The position numbers and the translations under genes were made by a program. A DNA stretch of 49,189 bases from sequence record DRR723986_5537; one strand, written 5' to 3'. Shown here in pieces: positions 20,544 to 31,200 of this stretch. Under the pieces are notes generated by a model, which had not been told where the DNA came from, did not search any database, and saw only the letters and a program-made list of their open reading frames with translations. Position 1 is the stretch's first letter; the number at the start of each line of letters is the position of its first letter.

Positions 20544-20935
20544 TCGAATCCCTCAGTGAGTGAACGTGTAAAAAACTGCCGGTCACGACAAGCTGGCACG
20601 CTGCACTCATCCGTCCAGCGCGCGGAGGGCAGGAACAATCCATTCGCAGCAGGTGGTGTAATGGAAGACTCTCCCGGTGACCTTGGGGCATGAGTTGGTT
20701 ACTCTGGCCCGAAGCCTTTGATTTTGAGAACGCATTCTCGGTTAAGAATCTGATCTCAGTCGACTTCTACTGAATCCAAGTCTACGCTAGCAGCGTTGAA
20801 CAGTAAATCGATAGAAGTTTGATTGAGTAAGTCGTGCAAATCTTCTGTTCGATAGTCGCCATTTACAACACCATGAATTGCACCTCTACACAAAGCAAAG
20901 CCAGCCTTTCTGCAGCGTGTAGTCTCGCGCTACTT

Positions 20936-21310
20936 TCAGGTTGCTTTGTTGGTCTCTCCAGCGTCTTCTCGCTTATCAAACATCGCTCGTCGAGCCCGTT
21001 TCCGTGCACGGTCTAGAATTATGGCTAGTCCAAACGGAAGACCAACAGCAAAGACGTAGAAAGCCGCTTTACGCAAGACTCCCGTAAGCAACCAGTACTT
21101 ATCTGCACATATGAGTGCAACGGTAAGAATGACAACAACAGTTGGGAAAACCACGAATCGACGACCATACTTTTAGCATCTTCACCGGAAAACGAACGCT
21201 TAGTCGTTACGGGCAAGTTGCCTGTGATCATCGCATAGATCCCGAATCCGATGGGAACAACGATGAGTGCTGGATAGATGGGAAACAAAGAGACGCCTTG
21301 CAAACTTGAG
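20936..21310 (-). pseudogene. Frameshifted small membrane-protein gene
   Basis: Two overlapping hydrophobic ORFs (21025..21354, 20936..21154) join as ...GEDAK/KYGRRFVVFPTVV... if one base is added in the T4 run at 21171-21174. The 5' end abuts the REP doublet. Confidence 0.45.
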
Positions 21311-21315
21311 CCAGT

Positions 21316-21418
21316 GTAGCAGGCACGCTCCGCCGTGCCGTCCGCCATCATCAATCAGGTTACGATTGGTGACCACTTAAGTAACATACAGGAACGGCAC
21401 ACGGAGTGTGCCTACTAC
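21316..21418. repeat. GTAG-type REP doublet (inverted pair), copy 1
   Basis: gtagcaggcacgctccgccgtgccgt ... acggcacacggagtgtgcctactac; nearly identical arms recur at 46441-46538. Confidence 0.8.
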
Positions 21419-21475
21419 TTTTAAGCTGACGCCGCGATCGGCCGCCAGCGTCTGGCTGATCCAATCGCTCGGAGG

Positions 21476-22129
21476 TTAGGATTGAGTGTTGGGGTGGGCG
21501 GTTTCCCAGATTTGGCGGATTAGGTTCATTCTGCGTTCAACAGTGCGTTTGGCGGTGCCAAGGCGATCAGCGATCTCGGTGATGCTGTAGCCCTCAATGC
21601 GGAGAAGGGCGACGGTTCGCAATTCGTCGGTGTCCAGTTGCTCAAACAAGTCTTCGCAGTCGCGCAGGAAGTCTTCAACCGATAAGGGGCCGCTGCGGTG
21701 ATCGGGAAGTTCAGCAAGCCCAGAAGAATTATCGCTTTCGGTCGATGCAGACGACTTGGAAACAAAGGCCGACTCGCCAAGCACCTGCCCGCTGCCGCGC
21801 TTGAGCGCTTGGTGATGCCGAACGGACACGCCCGCTTTTCTGGCCGCAATACAGTAAAGCAACTTCCACAGCCCGTCGCGGCCTTCGATGTGACCAAACT
21901 TTCCGGCTTCCGCTCCCATGCACAAACTCTTGAACGCGGAAAGCGCCACGTCCTCTTCGTCCAAGACGCGGAGCAGGCGGGCGGGCAGTTTCTTACGACT
22001 GTAATTTTGCAAGCGCTGGAAACAAAGTTGCCACAACTCTGAGACCGATTCCGTATCCCCAGACTCAACGCCTCGTATCAGAGTGGTGATGTCAGTTTCT
22101 GGAGTTCGTCGATTCAATAGGTTCCTCAC
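21476..22129 (-). CDS. ECF-type sigma factor (kinase-associated)
   Basis: ITTLIRGVESGD..SELW, LDEEDVALSAFKSL, LWKLLYCIAARK, EGYSITEIADRLGTAKRTVERRM. Confidence 0.92.
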   Translation of the reverse strand: MRNLLNRRTPETDITTLIRGVESGDTESVSELWQLCFQRLQNYSRKKLPARLLRVLDEEDVALSAFKSLCMGAEAGKFGHIEGRDGLWKLLYCIAARKAGVSVRHHQALKRGSGQVLGESAFVSKSSASTESDNSSGLAELPDHRSGPLSVEDFLRDCEDLFEQLDTDELRTVALLRIEGYSITEIADRLGTAKRTVERRMNLIRQIWETAHPNTQS

Positions 22130-22268
22130 GCAACGCTTTGGCAGGAATCAGATGTTACGGAATCATTGTATACTTCCGGCCGATGAAGAGAGAAAGAAAC
22201 ATAAGTTGTTAGGCATTGAAACCAAATTTGGGGCACTTACAAACGGCAAATTCTGGATCAGCTATTTG

Positions 22269-24863
22269 CTACCGGGGGGTAGGTATTGGGCTTTGATTCG
22301 GAGAGCGGTCTAAGAACTCCGCTAGTCGGCGTTTAGCGTCCAGCGTGTTTGGATAGTCCTCTCCTCGATCTCGGATCAGCACCGCTACAGTCTCTTTAAG
22401 AGCTTCCTCGGCTTCATCGCGACGCCCAAGCCCTTCCAGCGCTTCGGCGACATTGTGGCGGACGCTGATGGTAACGCTGGTAGCGGCACTAAAGTACTGA
22501 ATGTGCTGTTCTAGGGATTCCTTGACAAAAGGCAGTGCTTCTTTGTATCGCTGCATTGCAATGAGATGCCTGCCGAGTTTGCGCTTGATCGATAGAGTGG
22601 AATCGTGCAGTTCCCCTAGTGCTTCTCTGCGAGAGGCGAGAGCTTCACGAAAATATGCGAGAGCTTCTTCATCGCGGCCTTGCTCCGCATAAAGTATCGC
22701 TAACTTCTTAGTTAGGCTGAGGTAAAGACGAACGCCCTTGGGATCCGTTCGATACTTCTCAATCAGAGTGACGAAAACACGCTCTGCCGTTTTGTAATCC
22801 TTGCGGTCGAATGCGAAGGTTGCCAAGTTGAAACGAGACATGTCGACCGACATCGGATCCCCCTTGCCACTGGCCTCTTCTATAGCAATGGAACGCTCCA
22901 TCAGGGCTTGGGCCTTTTCGTGTTCCTGGAGATTGCTGTAGACGACCGCCAAGTTGTTCATCGCGAGCATGGTGCGATAATCGTCCTCGCCGAACAGTTC
23001 GGTCGCCCGGGCAAGCACGTGTTCGCGGAGTGTGCGTGCCTCCTGGAGCCCTTCCGGTTTACCAAGGTACCTTAGCATGCCAGCGAGGCGATCTTGTGCA
23101 TTCAGCAGTTCGTTTTCATCGAGCGGTTCAACCCGCTTAAGGGCTTTTACGGCGAGGCGAAATTGCTGAAGAGCGACGTCATAAATGCCTAAGCTGCGAT
23201 AGGTAGTGCCGAAAGCGCGGCGCACGAGTCCTTCGACTTTTGGATTGTCGCGGAAACGATCTTCGACCTCGGGTAACATCGTGTCGAGTGCCTCCCGGAT
23301 GGTGACGTCAACTCCCTGCTCTTCCGGTCGCGCTGATGCCAAGAGATCGAGCAAGAAGCCATTCACCTCCTCGGCCGTCTCCGACTCGCGAGATGCGATC
23401 GCGCGGGCTTCTGCTTCTTGTGCCTGCGCGTCGACCGCTGCCTGCTGAGCTTCGATGGCTTCGCTGCGTTGCCAAAGGGCGATGAATGTGCCGATACAGC
23501 TAGCGATGGCCACTAAGCAAGCGGCTATCACTTGCACTCGTCGTCGTCGCGATGACTCGGCCTGCATCACCATCGCCTCGCGGTGATCCAACTCCGCTTG
23601 GCGAGCACGGGTCTCCACCTGAGCAAAGTAGTTGGAGAGCGTTTGGCAGAGTTCGTTGGCGTCGGGACGAGCCGCGGGGGAGGCTGCAAGGCAGCGTTTG
23701 CAAAGCCCTGCAAGTTCGCGATTCACCGATGCTGCGTCAAGCAATGCGAGCGATTCGCCCAGTTCGCCGGTGGCCGTCCGCCGAATTGCCTCCGAAGAGC
23801 TGCGTGCGTCGTGCAGGCGTTTTTCGGTCAGTATTTGGAAGAGGATCGCTCCAAGCGAGAAGACATCGCTCGAAGTGTCTAGTCTCGATTTTTCGCCGCG
23901 TGCTTGTTCAGGCGACATGTATGCGGGCGTGCCCAGGATGTCGCCTTCGGTCGTCAAACTGCTGAGAGAGTCGCTGGACAAGAGCGCACCGGAGTCGTCG
24001 TTCGGCTTGTTGGTGCTGTGCTGACGCTCGACGACAGTGTCGGTCAAAGAAGGGGATGTTTGTGGTAAGGCATCCGTCGGGGCGGGAACTGGTTTGGCCA
24101 TTCCCCAGTCCATCACTTGGACTTCGCCGAAGTCGCCAACCATGATATTGTGCGGTTTCAAGTCGCGATGGATGACTCCTTGAGAATGGGCGTAGGCGAT
24201 GGTTTGCGCGACGCTTTGAAAAATCGTCAGCGTGCGTTGCAGGTCCTCGGACTGTGAGGTGCGCTGCGACAAGAGCGATTCGAGTGTTGCTCCTCCGACG
24301 AGCTTCATTGCAAAGTAAGCTTCGCCGCCAAGCAGTTCGCCTTGGTCGTAGATTGGCGGCACGCCTGGATGCTGAAGTTTGCCAGTGACCAACGCTTCTC
24401 TAAGCAGTCGGTTGCTTGCGTTTGGATCGCCGGCCGAAGACTGCCTCGCCACCTTAACCGCCAACACACGCTGACTGTGCGAGTCCTCGACGCGCCAGAC
24501 ATCTCCGTACGCTCCCTGACCAATATGCTCTAGGAACTGGTAGCGGTTCGACTGTGGTGGAGTCGTTTGCAATTCGCCATCAGACGCAGTGGCATGTTCG
24601 ATTAGCTGACTGAGCTGCGAGGCTGGCAGGCTGACGTCTGTCCGCTCGAGCAACGGGCGATACTCTTCGGCGGCGGGTGTTTGGCCGGCTGCGAAGCGTA
24701 GTTCAGCGTCCAATGCAATCAGTTCGGTTGCCAGTGGAGTTCGATCTGCCGCGTCGACTTCATCAAGTCGAGCCGCTACGTGTTGCGGTCCAAGCTTGCC
24801 CGCGAGCTCAAACTCGGAACAGATCTGTTCAATTCGGCGCAGGGACTGGAGTGTCGTCGTCAC
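22269..24863 (-). CDS. Ser/Thr protein kinase with TM segment and TPR array
   Basis: GQGAYGDV, LAVK, HRDLKPHN, DWG, GTPAYMSPEQ; TM; TPRs (AMNNLAVVY). GTG 24863 follows AAAGGGA; ORF is open to 25025. Confidence 0.93.
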   Translation of the reverse strand: MTTTLQSLRRIEQICSEFELAGKLGPQHVAARLDEVDAADRTPLATELIALDAELRFAAGQTPAAEEYRPLLERTDVSLPASQLSQLIEHATASDGELQTTPPQSNRYQFLEHIGQGAYGDVWRVEDSHSQRVLAVKVARQSSAGDPNASNRLLREALVTGKLQHPGVPPIYDQGELLGGEAYFAMKLVGGATLESLLSQRTSQSEDLQRTLTIFQSVAQTIAYAHSQGVIHRDLKPHNIMVGDFGEVQVMDWGMAKPVPAPTDALPQTSPSLTDTVVERQHSTNKPNDDSGALLSSDSLSSLTTEGDILGTPAYMSPEQARGEKSRLDTSSDVFSLGAILFQILTEKRLHDARSSSEAIRRTATGELGESLALLDAASVNRELAGLCKRCLAASPAARPDANELCQTLSNYFAQVETRARQAELDHREAMVMQAESSRRRRVQVIAACLVAIASCIGTFIALWQRSEAIEAQQAAVDAQAQEAEARAIASRESETAEEVNGFLLDLLASARPEEQGVDVTIREALDTMLPEVEDRFRDNPKVEGLVRRAFGTTYRSLGIYDVALQQFRLAVKALKRVEPLDENELLNAQDRLAGMLRYLGKPEGLQEARTLREHVLARATELFGEDDYRTMLAMNNLAVVYSNLQEHEKAQALMERSIAIEEASGKGDPMSVDMSRFNLATFAFDRKDYKTAERVFVTLIEKYRTDPKGVRLYLSLTKKLAILYAEQGRDEEALAYFREALASRREALGELHDSTLSIKRKLGRHLIAMQRYKEALPFVKESLEQHIQYFSAATSVTISVRHNVAEALEGLGRRDEAEEALKETVAVLIRDRGEDYPNTLDAKRRLAEFLDRSPNQSPIPTPR

Positions 24864-25215
24864 AGGTTTCCCTTTTTGATTCTCATGGCAAACGTGTCGC
24901 CGATGAGGCTTTCTTGGTATCGGCGGACACGGACGAACTCGCCTTGGTGCCGTGGGTGATTTGGGCAAGAGAAACGGGATGCACTTCTGGAGCTTGTTGC
25001 AAGACGCACCGAACGTCCGCCACAACGTTGGAGAAAAAACAGTTTTCTGGTTTTTTCAATTATTTGGCTGAAGTGCGGCGGGCCGCAAGCTTGTTTTAAC
25101 ACAAACCAACTAGGAGTGCGGTAAATGCTGCCTGGGTTGCAACGTGTGTTTCGTGGACTTTTCCTTGCTCCAACCGGCCGAACCTTCAACTTTCCCCCGT
25201 GTTCAAGGCAAGATT

Positions 25216-28200
25216 GTGGCACTCAAGTCAAGAAAATCGCGCATCCAGAAGCGTGACGAAATCGCCAAGCCTCGCCGCCGTTCGCTTCTATCAAGAGCGC
25301 TCCGAGTGGAGACCTTGGAAACGCGGCAGTTGCTGACTGGTAACTTTGAATTTGACAGCCCTGGGACGGACGTGGAGCTGCAGGTTGTCGGCAACGCCGT
25401 TCAGATCATCGACCAAGCCGACGGATCCGTGCTTGCCGAGTCGGAGATTGCCGCCATCGACGAGCGGATCAGTATCACCAGCCGCAGCTTCCGAGCCGAT
25501 TCTCTGCTTGAGCTGGACGGTAATTCGCTGCAGGTGTACGCCGACACAGTTGACTTGACTGGCGCGGTGATTCGCACGACCGACTTCGACGATGCCGAGG
25601 ACGCCGGTGCATTGCTTTTCGAAGCACGCGAGATCGATGTTCTGGCAGGTTCGACGCTTGATACCCAGACGACCGCCAACTCAAATCACGTCGCGGGCCG
25701 CATCACCCTGCGCGCCGTTGACCGCACGTCCGACCTCAATCGCTTCTTCCAAGAGGCGGCTTTGCCAGCAGTCGGCGATGTTCGCTCGTCGCGTTTGGAA
25801 CTTGCGAATTCAACGCTGCTCGGGACCAACATCACGCTCATCGCGGATGGCAATACTCTTTCGCGATACGACGACGTTGCGGTCTACCAGGATTCGATTG
25901 CATCGGGAGTGATTGACGCGCTCGCTCAAACGCCTCAGATCGCGCTGAGTGCCGTTTCGCCGCTTTCTGGTCAAGTGAAAGTTCACGAAGCTACTTCATC
26001 GATCGTCGTTACCAACTCTGGCATCACCAGCAGCGGTTGGATCGACGTGGACGCCACAGCGGTCGCTGATTCGTCGATCAATGCACTGGCGATCAATGGA
26101 ACGAACCAGGCCTTCATGGGGTCGGTTGGCTTCAGCAGCAGCACTTCGTCGGCCACGATCAACCTTCTCGGCAATACCAGCTTTGACGCGGCAAGCTATA
26201 TCGATATCGAGACGAGCGCAGTCAGTACTGCCGAAACGACGACTCGTTCCGAAGGCGGCTCGGATGTCTCGAGCGAGGAGCTGGATGTTGCGTTCAATTT
26301 GGCATTGGCTCTGACGAATGAGGTCTCCACGATTGATGTGGGCCAAGGCGTGACGATCGAGTCAAACGGTCGCGTCAACTTGGACGCTCAGGGCACCGTA
26401 ACGAACAAAGCCAAGGCAGACACGGCAGTCTTTGAGGATGGTAAAGCTGCTTTCTCGGTTGCGGTGGGAGTGGACAATGCTGAGGTGCGTGCGAACGTTG
26501 CGGGTACAATCACAAGCCACGATGCAGGCCAAGTCCGAAAAGTAACGGTCCCCGCCAGTGCGTTTGATGCGGCTACAAACCAGGTGCAGTTGACCGTCCC
26601 CGCGAACGCGCCACTACGAGTTGGTGAGCGCATTCGTTATGGCGCGGCGCCTGCCGCCGACACCGGCTTGATCGACCAAGCTGAGTATATCGTTGCCGAA
26701 GCCACTCAGCCCGAAGCATTGGGCCATGGCCAAGTTTCCCAGCGGGTACGCCTGACCCGAGCGACTAGTTTGCCATTGGATGCCCGGCAAGTGCCCGAGG
26801 ATAGCGAGCATACGCTGGCCAAGTTGGCGGTTGTCGAGTTTCCGGTCTCGGCAATCTCAACCGAGTCGGGAACCGGTGATGGACGGATTGAGTTGACGCT
26901 ACCGGCGGGAGTAGAGCAGGTCACGTACCTCGGGCCAGACACTCCGGAAGAGGACGAGCCTGAGCCTGAGGGGATTCCTGGGCTTGTTCAAAACGACCGT
27001 TACGATGTTGTCCGCGACGGTTCGAACATCAAGTTGCGTTCGATTGACACCGGCGTCATCGTTGACTTCACGGCCCCCGCTGATGGCCCAGATCACGGCT
27101 TCAGCTATCACGAGTCAGTAGTCAGCTTCCGGCCGCGCCAGGCGGTGGATCATGCCACTGGACGCATTACGCTACCAACGGGGCACGGACTGCAGACGGG
27201 CGATTTGCTTGTTTACGGTGTAGATCCAGAACGAAGTATTGCTCGCGAAGTGGGCGCCTTCGACGCAGAAGGAAAGCCGGCGACAAAACTCGGCGATGTC
27301 ACTTTGCCTGACGCACCGATTCAGGGACTAGAAAGCAGCATCGCGTACCGCGTTATCGTGGACGCTCATCGCCCCAACGAAGTCCGCTTGGCCAGGAATC
27401 TGATCCATGCTGAGCTGGCGAAGACGAGCAACCTGTTGCCAGTCAACTCTGGCACTTTTGAATTCGAGCGCCTTGAGCTCCAAGAAGGAATCCGCGTCAA
27501 CGCACATTTGGACGCTACCAATTTTGCTCAAGCGGGCGTCAACTTGGCAAACAGCGAACAGCCCTGGCCATCGTTGGTGCAAGGTGCCAGCAATGGAAGG
27601 CTCGATGACATTGGTCAGCTAGGATTTCGTTTCATTGATCAACTTCGCGATGGAATTCGAGCCAACGGAAAACAGCAAGCCGAGTCGGAGACGTCAACGC
27701 AGAGCGACACAAACCTGGACTTAGCGGGCTCGCTGTCCGTCGCGGTTTTTGAACATCTGGTGCAGGCAGAGATTAGTGATGCAGCCGAGCAGAAGACGTT
27801 AGGCGATCTCACCATCGAGGCGACCACAGAACAAGCGTTGAAGCTAGGCGTTACCGCCGAGTCGACTCGCAATGGTCTCAACGAAACCCATGATGTGGAA
27901 GGTCGTGAGCTGGCGTTGGGAGTTGGAGTCGGTGTCTATTCAACGACAACGCACGCAATCGTTGACGACTCCGCCAAACTGGATGCGGCCGGAAACACCA
28001 ATGTCCACGCCGGTGTGAGCTACCCGCTTTTGACGCAAACCGAAGGCAATCAGCACACTGTTAGCACTGGACTCGCTGGCTTTAACGCCTGGCTTTCCGG
28101 TGACCTAGATTTCACAAACCTGACGAACGTGTATTCCCGATCCCTGGCCAGTGGCGACGGAAACGATGACAGCAAAGTGCTTGCGATCGGTGGGGGCATT

Positions 28201-31200
28201 GCGCTGACCTTCACCAATAATGATGTGCTTGCGCAGGTTGCCAGTGACGCCCAAATCAATCAAGACACTGGGTACTTCAGGCCGGGCAGAGTAGTCGATG
28301 TGACTGCGAGCCTGGACGCTACGATGATCGAAGTCGGGCAGATGATGTCGGTGAACCTGAGCGTGCCCGGCATCATGGAGGCAATTGTCAAAGGCGTCGA
28401 CAAGCAACACGATGTCACAACTTTTCTCTCCGAGTTGGTGAATCCACTGGGCGTAAGTGGTGATAAGGCCTTCGGCGGCACGCTGATTGTCAACACAGCG
28501 ACCGGCAACGTAACCGCCGAGATTGAATCTGGGGTCACGGTGTCTGCCGAGAAATTGGATGTTCTTGCGGACAGCGACACTTACAACTTCGCCGGAGTTC
28601 AGACTGGCACTGGTTCGACCGAAATCGGCTTCTCTGCCGCGATCGCAGCATCCAATCTGAGTTCGACAACCAAGGCTGCTATTCATGAAGGCGCCAAGAT
28701 TAACGCGCCCGTTCTTACGATCGAGGCCAATGATGAACTTGATCGAACCACCTACGCCGGCGCGGTGCTAAAGGGGCAACAAGCTGGCATCGGCACTTCG
28801 ATTGGTGTCAACATTGTTCAGCAAAATGTTGCCGCGTTCATGGGCCGCGAGGATGCAACCGGTGCCACTTCTGCTGCTCAGTCCTATGCGTTGGGAAGTG
28901 CGCGGATTGCTGCTCAAGCGCTGGGAACTGTGGAAACGATCGCAATCTCCGGTGCAGTCCAGGGACTCGGCGGTGCTTCGGCGGATGCCAGCTCGAGGCA
29001 AACTGGACCGCTCGCGATCACCGCGCCCGTTGTGTACAACTCCGTCACTACGGACGTTGACGCCTACTTGGATGGTCCGCAGTTCGCGGAAGTAGGCTCG
29101 CTGGAAATTGCCGCCCACGACGGAACATCCTCAAAGGCCCTGGTGATCGGCGGCTCGTTTGCCTTTCAGACCGCCGCCGGTGCGAACGCAGGCAAACTCA
29201 ACTTGGCGGGCGCTGGCGCAGTAGCGATCAACCACAAGCACCAGACCGTTGACGCAGCGATTCACGACAGTCTGGTAAAGGGAATCAGTGACATAACCGT
29301 TCGCGCGACGGAGTCCTCTGAGGTCGTCGCGGATGCGGGCGGTCTGGCACTGGCCTTTGGCACTGGTCCCAATCGCGGCACAGCACTCTCGTTCGGCACG
29401 AGTGTAGCCATCAATGACGTAAGTGGTCACACGAAGGCAATCGTCGACAACTCAACGATCGACATGCAAGTCTCCTCAGGTGATTTGCTGGTGAGTGCCA
29501 CTTCCATTGGCGGTGCCGATGATGAACCCGCATCTCGGATTCGCGGGCTTGCTTTGGGAGGAGCGGCTAGTGGTTCTACGCTGCCCGCCACGGCCACGCT
29601 GGGTGCACTCGGTGCGGCTGCACGGAATTGGGTAAATCGAACCGTTAGCGCCGAGATCACCAACGATTCCGATGTGCAACTTGCCCAGGGCGGCATCCGT
29701 GTTCTCGCCAAAGACGAAGGCAGCATCGTGGCTGACGTTGGCGGCTTGAGTCTATCTGGCGGTGTGGCGACCAAGATCAACGGCGCTCTCGGAGTTGGGC
29801 TGGCCTTCAACGAAGTCGAAAACGCAACCATCGCTCGCATAGAAAATTCTGACGTTAGTAGCGATGGAGCGATCCTGGTTCAAGCCAATTTGCCGGTCGA
29901 TGATTCAACCGCGAAGCCAGCTACAATCGACGCTCTGTCCGTTGCCGGTTCGCTTGCCGTCGCGGGTAGCCAAGGACTGTCTGCATCTCTGGCTGGCGCC
30001 GGAAGCGGCAGCAACAACCAGATTCGCAATACGATCACTGCAGAGATCATTGATTCGGACGTGGATTCTCATGCCGGTTCGATCGATGTTCAAGCGCACG
30101 ATGCAACTTCGATAGTTGCCACAACAGTCGGTGCGGCCATTGATGCTGCATTTGCATCTGGTTTTAGCGGAGTTGTTTCCGTTGGATTGTCGATCGCTCG
30201 CAATGAAATCGATAACACCACGCTGGCAAAGATCGACGGTGGCAAAGTAAGCACGCGCGAGGACACTGGTACGCAAGTGAACGTCCATGCGGCCGACGAT
30301 GGAAGCATCTCAGCCGTGGCTGTTGCTGCTAGCATCGCCGTTGGTGTTTCCATCGCGCCAGCGTTCTCACTAAGCGGTGGTGGGGCGGAGGCGTCGAATA
30401 TTGTCCTTAGCGACGCGGACACCCTGATTCAGAACGCTGAAATCGCCACAGGAACATTGTCCGTCACAACAGATTCATCAGCGACGATTCGGTCTGATGT
30501 GGTTGGTGTGACCGCTGGGGTGGCCGGGTCTGCGGCAGCGGGAGCTACCGCCTCGATCGGTGCGGCAGTTGCGAACAATTTCGTCGGATATCTAATCGAT
30601 GGCAACAAGGAAGACGCTCGTTCGCACGCTCAAATCTTCGGATCGACCATCGACGCTTCGACGATCGAACTGATCAGCGACTCCTCGCAAGACATCGAGG
30701 CAACGACGTTCGTCGGAGGCTTTGTTGTCGCCGCAACTGGTGGAGCGGCGGCATCGGCGGCGGGTTCTGGATCTCGAACGTCGAATCGCATCGGTTCATC
30801 CACTTTCGCGAATCTAGACGCAGCCTCCGCACCAGCAATCGACGTATCCGATCAGCTTAGGCTGCACGCGACTGATAGATCAACGGTGCATGCCAACACT
30901 ACGGCCACGACCGTGGCAGGTTTCGCAAGTGGCGGTGCCGGTGGTGCCTTCCAGATTGGTTTGTCACTGGCAGAAAATGTGCTCGACAATCGCGTCGAAG
31001 CACTGCTGTCATCCGTCAGCTTCGCAGATCCTAGCTCGCCACCTGTTGTGGATCTCCGTGCGAAGCAGAGCGAAGAATCTGTCATCGATTCCAACTCGGT
31101 CGCTGTCTCGGTTTCGGGCGCTGCGGCGAGTGGCATTGCAGGTGGGATTGGCGTAGCCGGTGCGTCCTCGGTCAACACCGTGTCGAACAAGACTCTGGCA

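Noticed and set aside
24864-25215. Specific ECF promoter calls between the kinase and the giant gene
   Set aside because: Candidate TGTCGC/TGTGGC motifs are visible, but I have no reliable consensus to support them.
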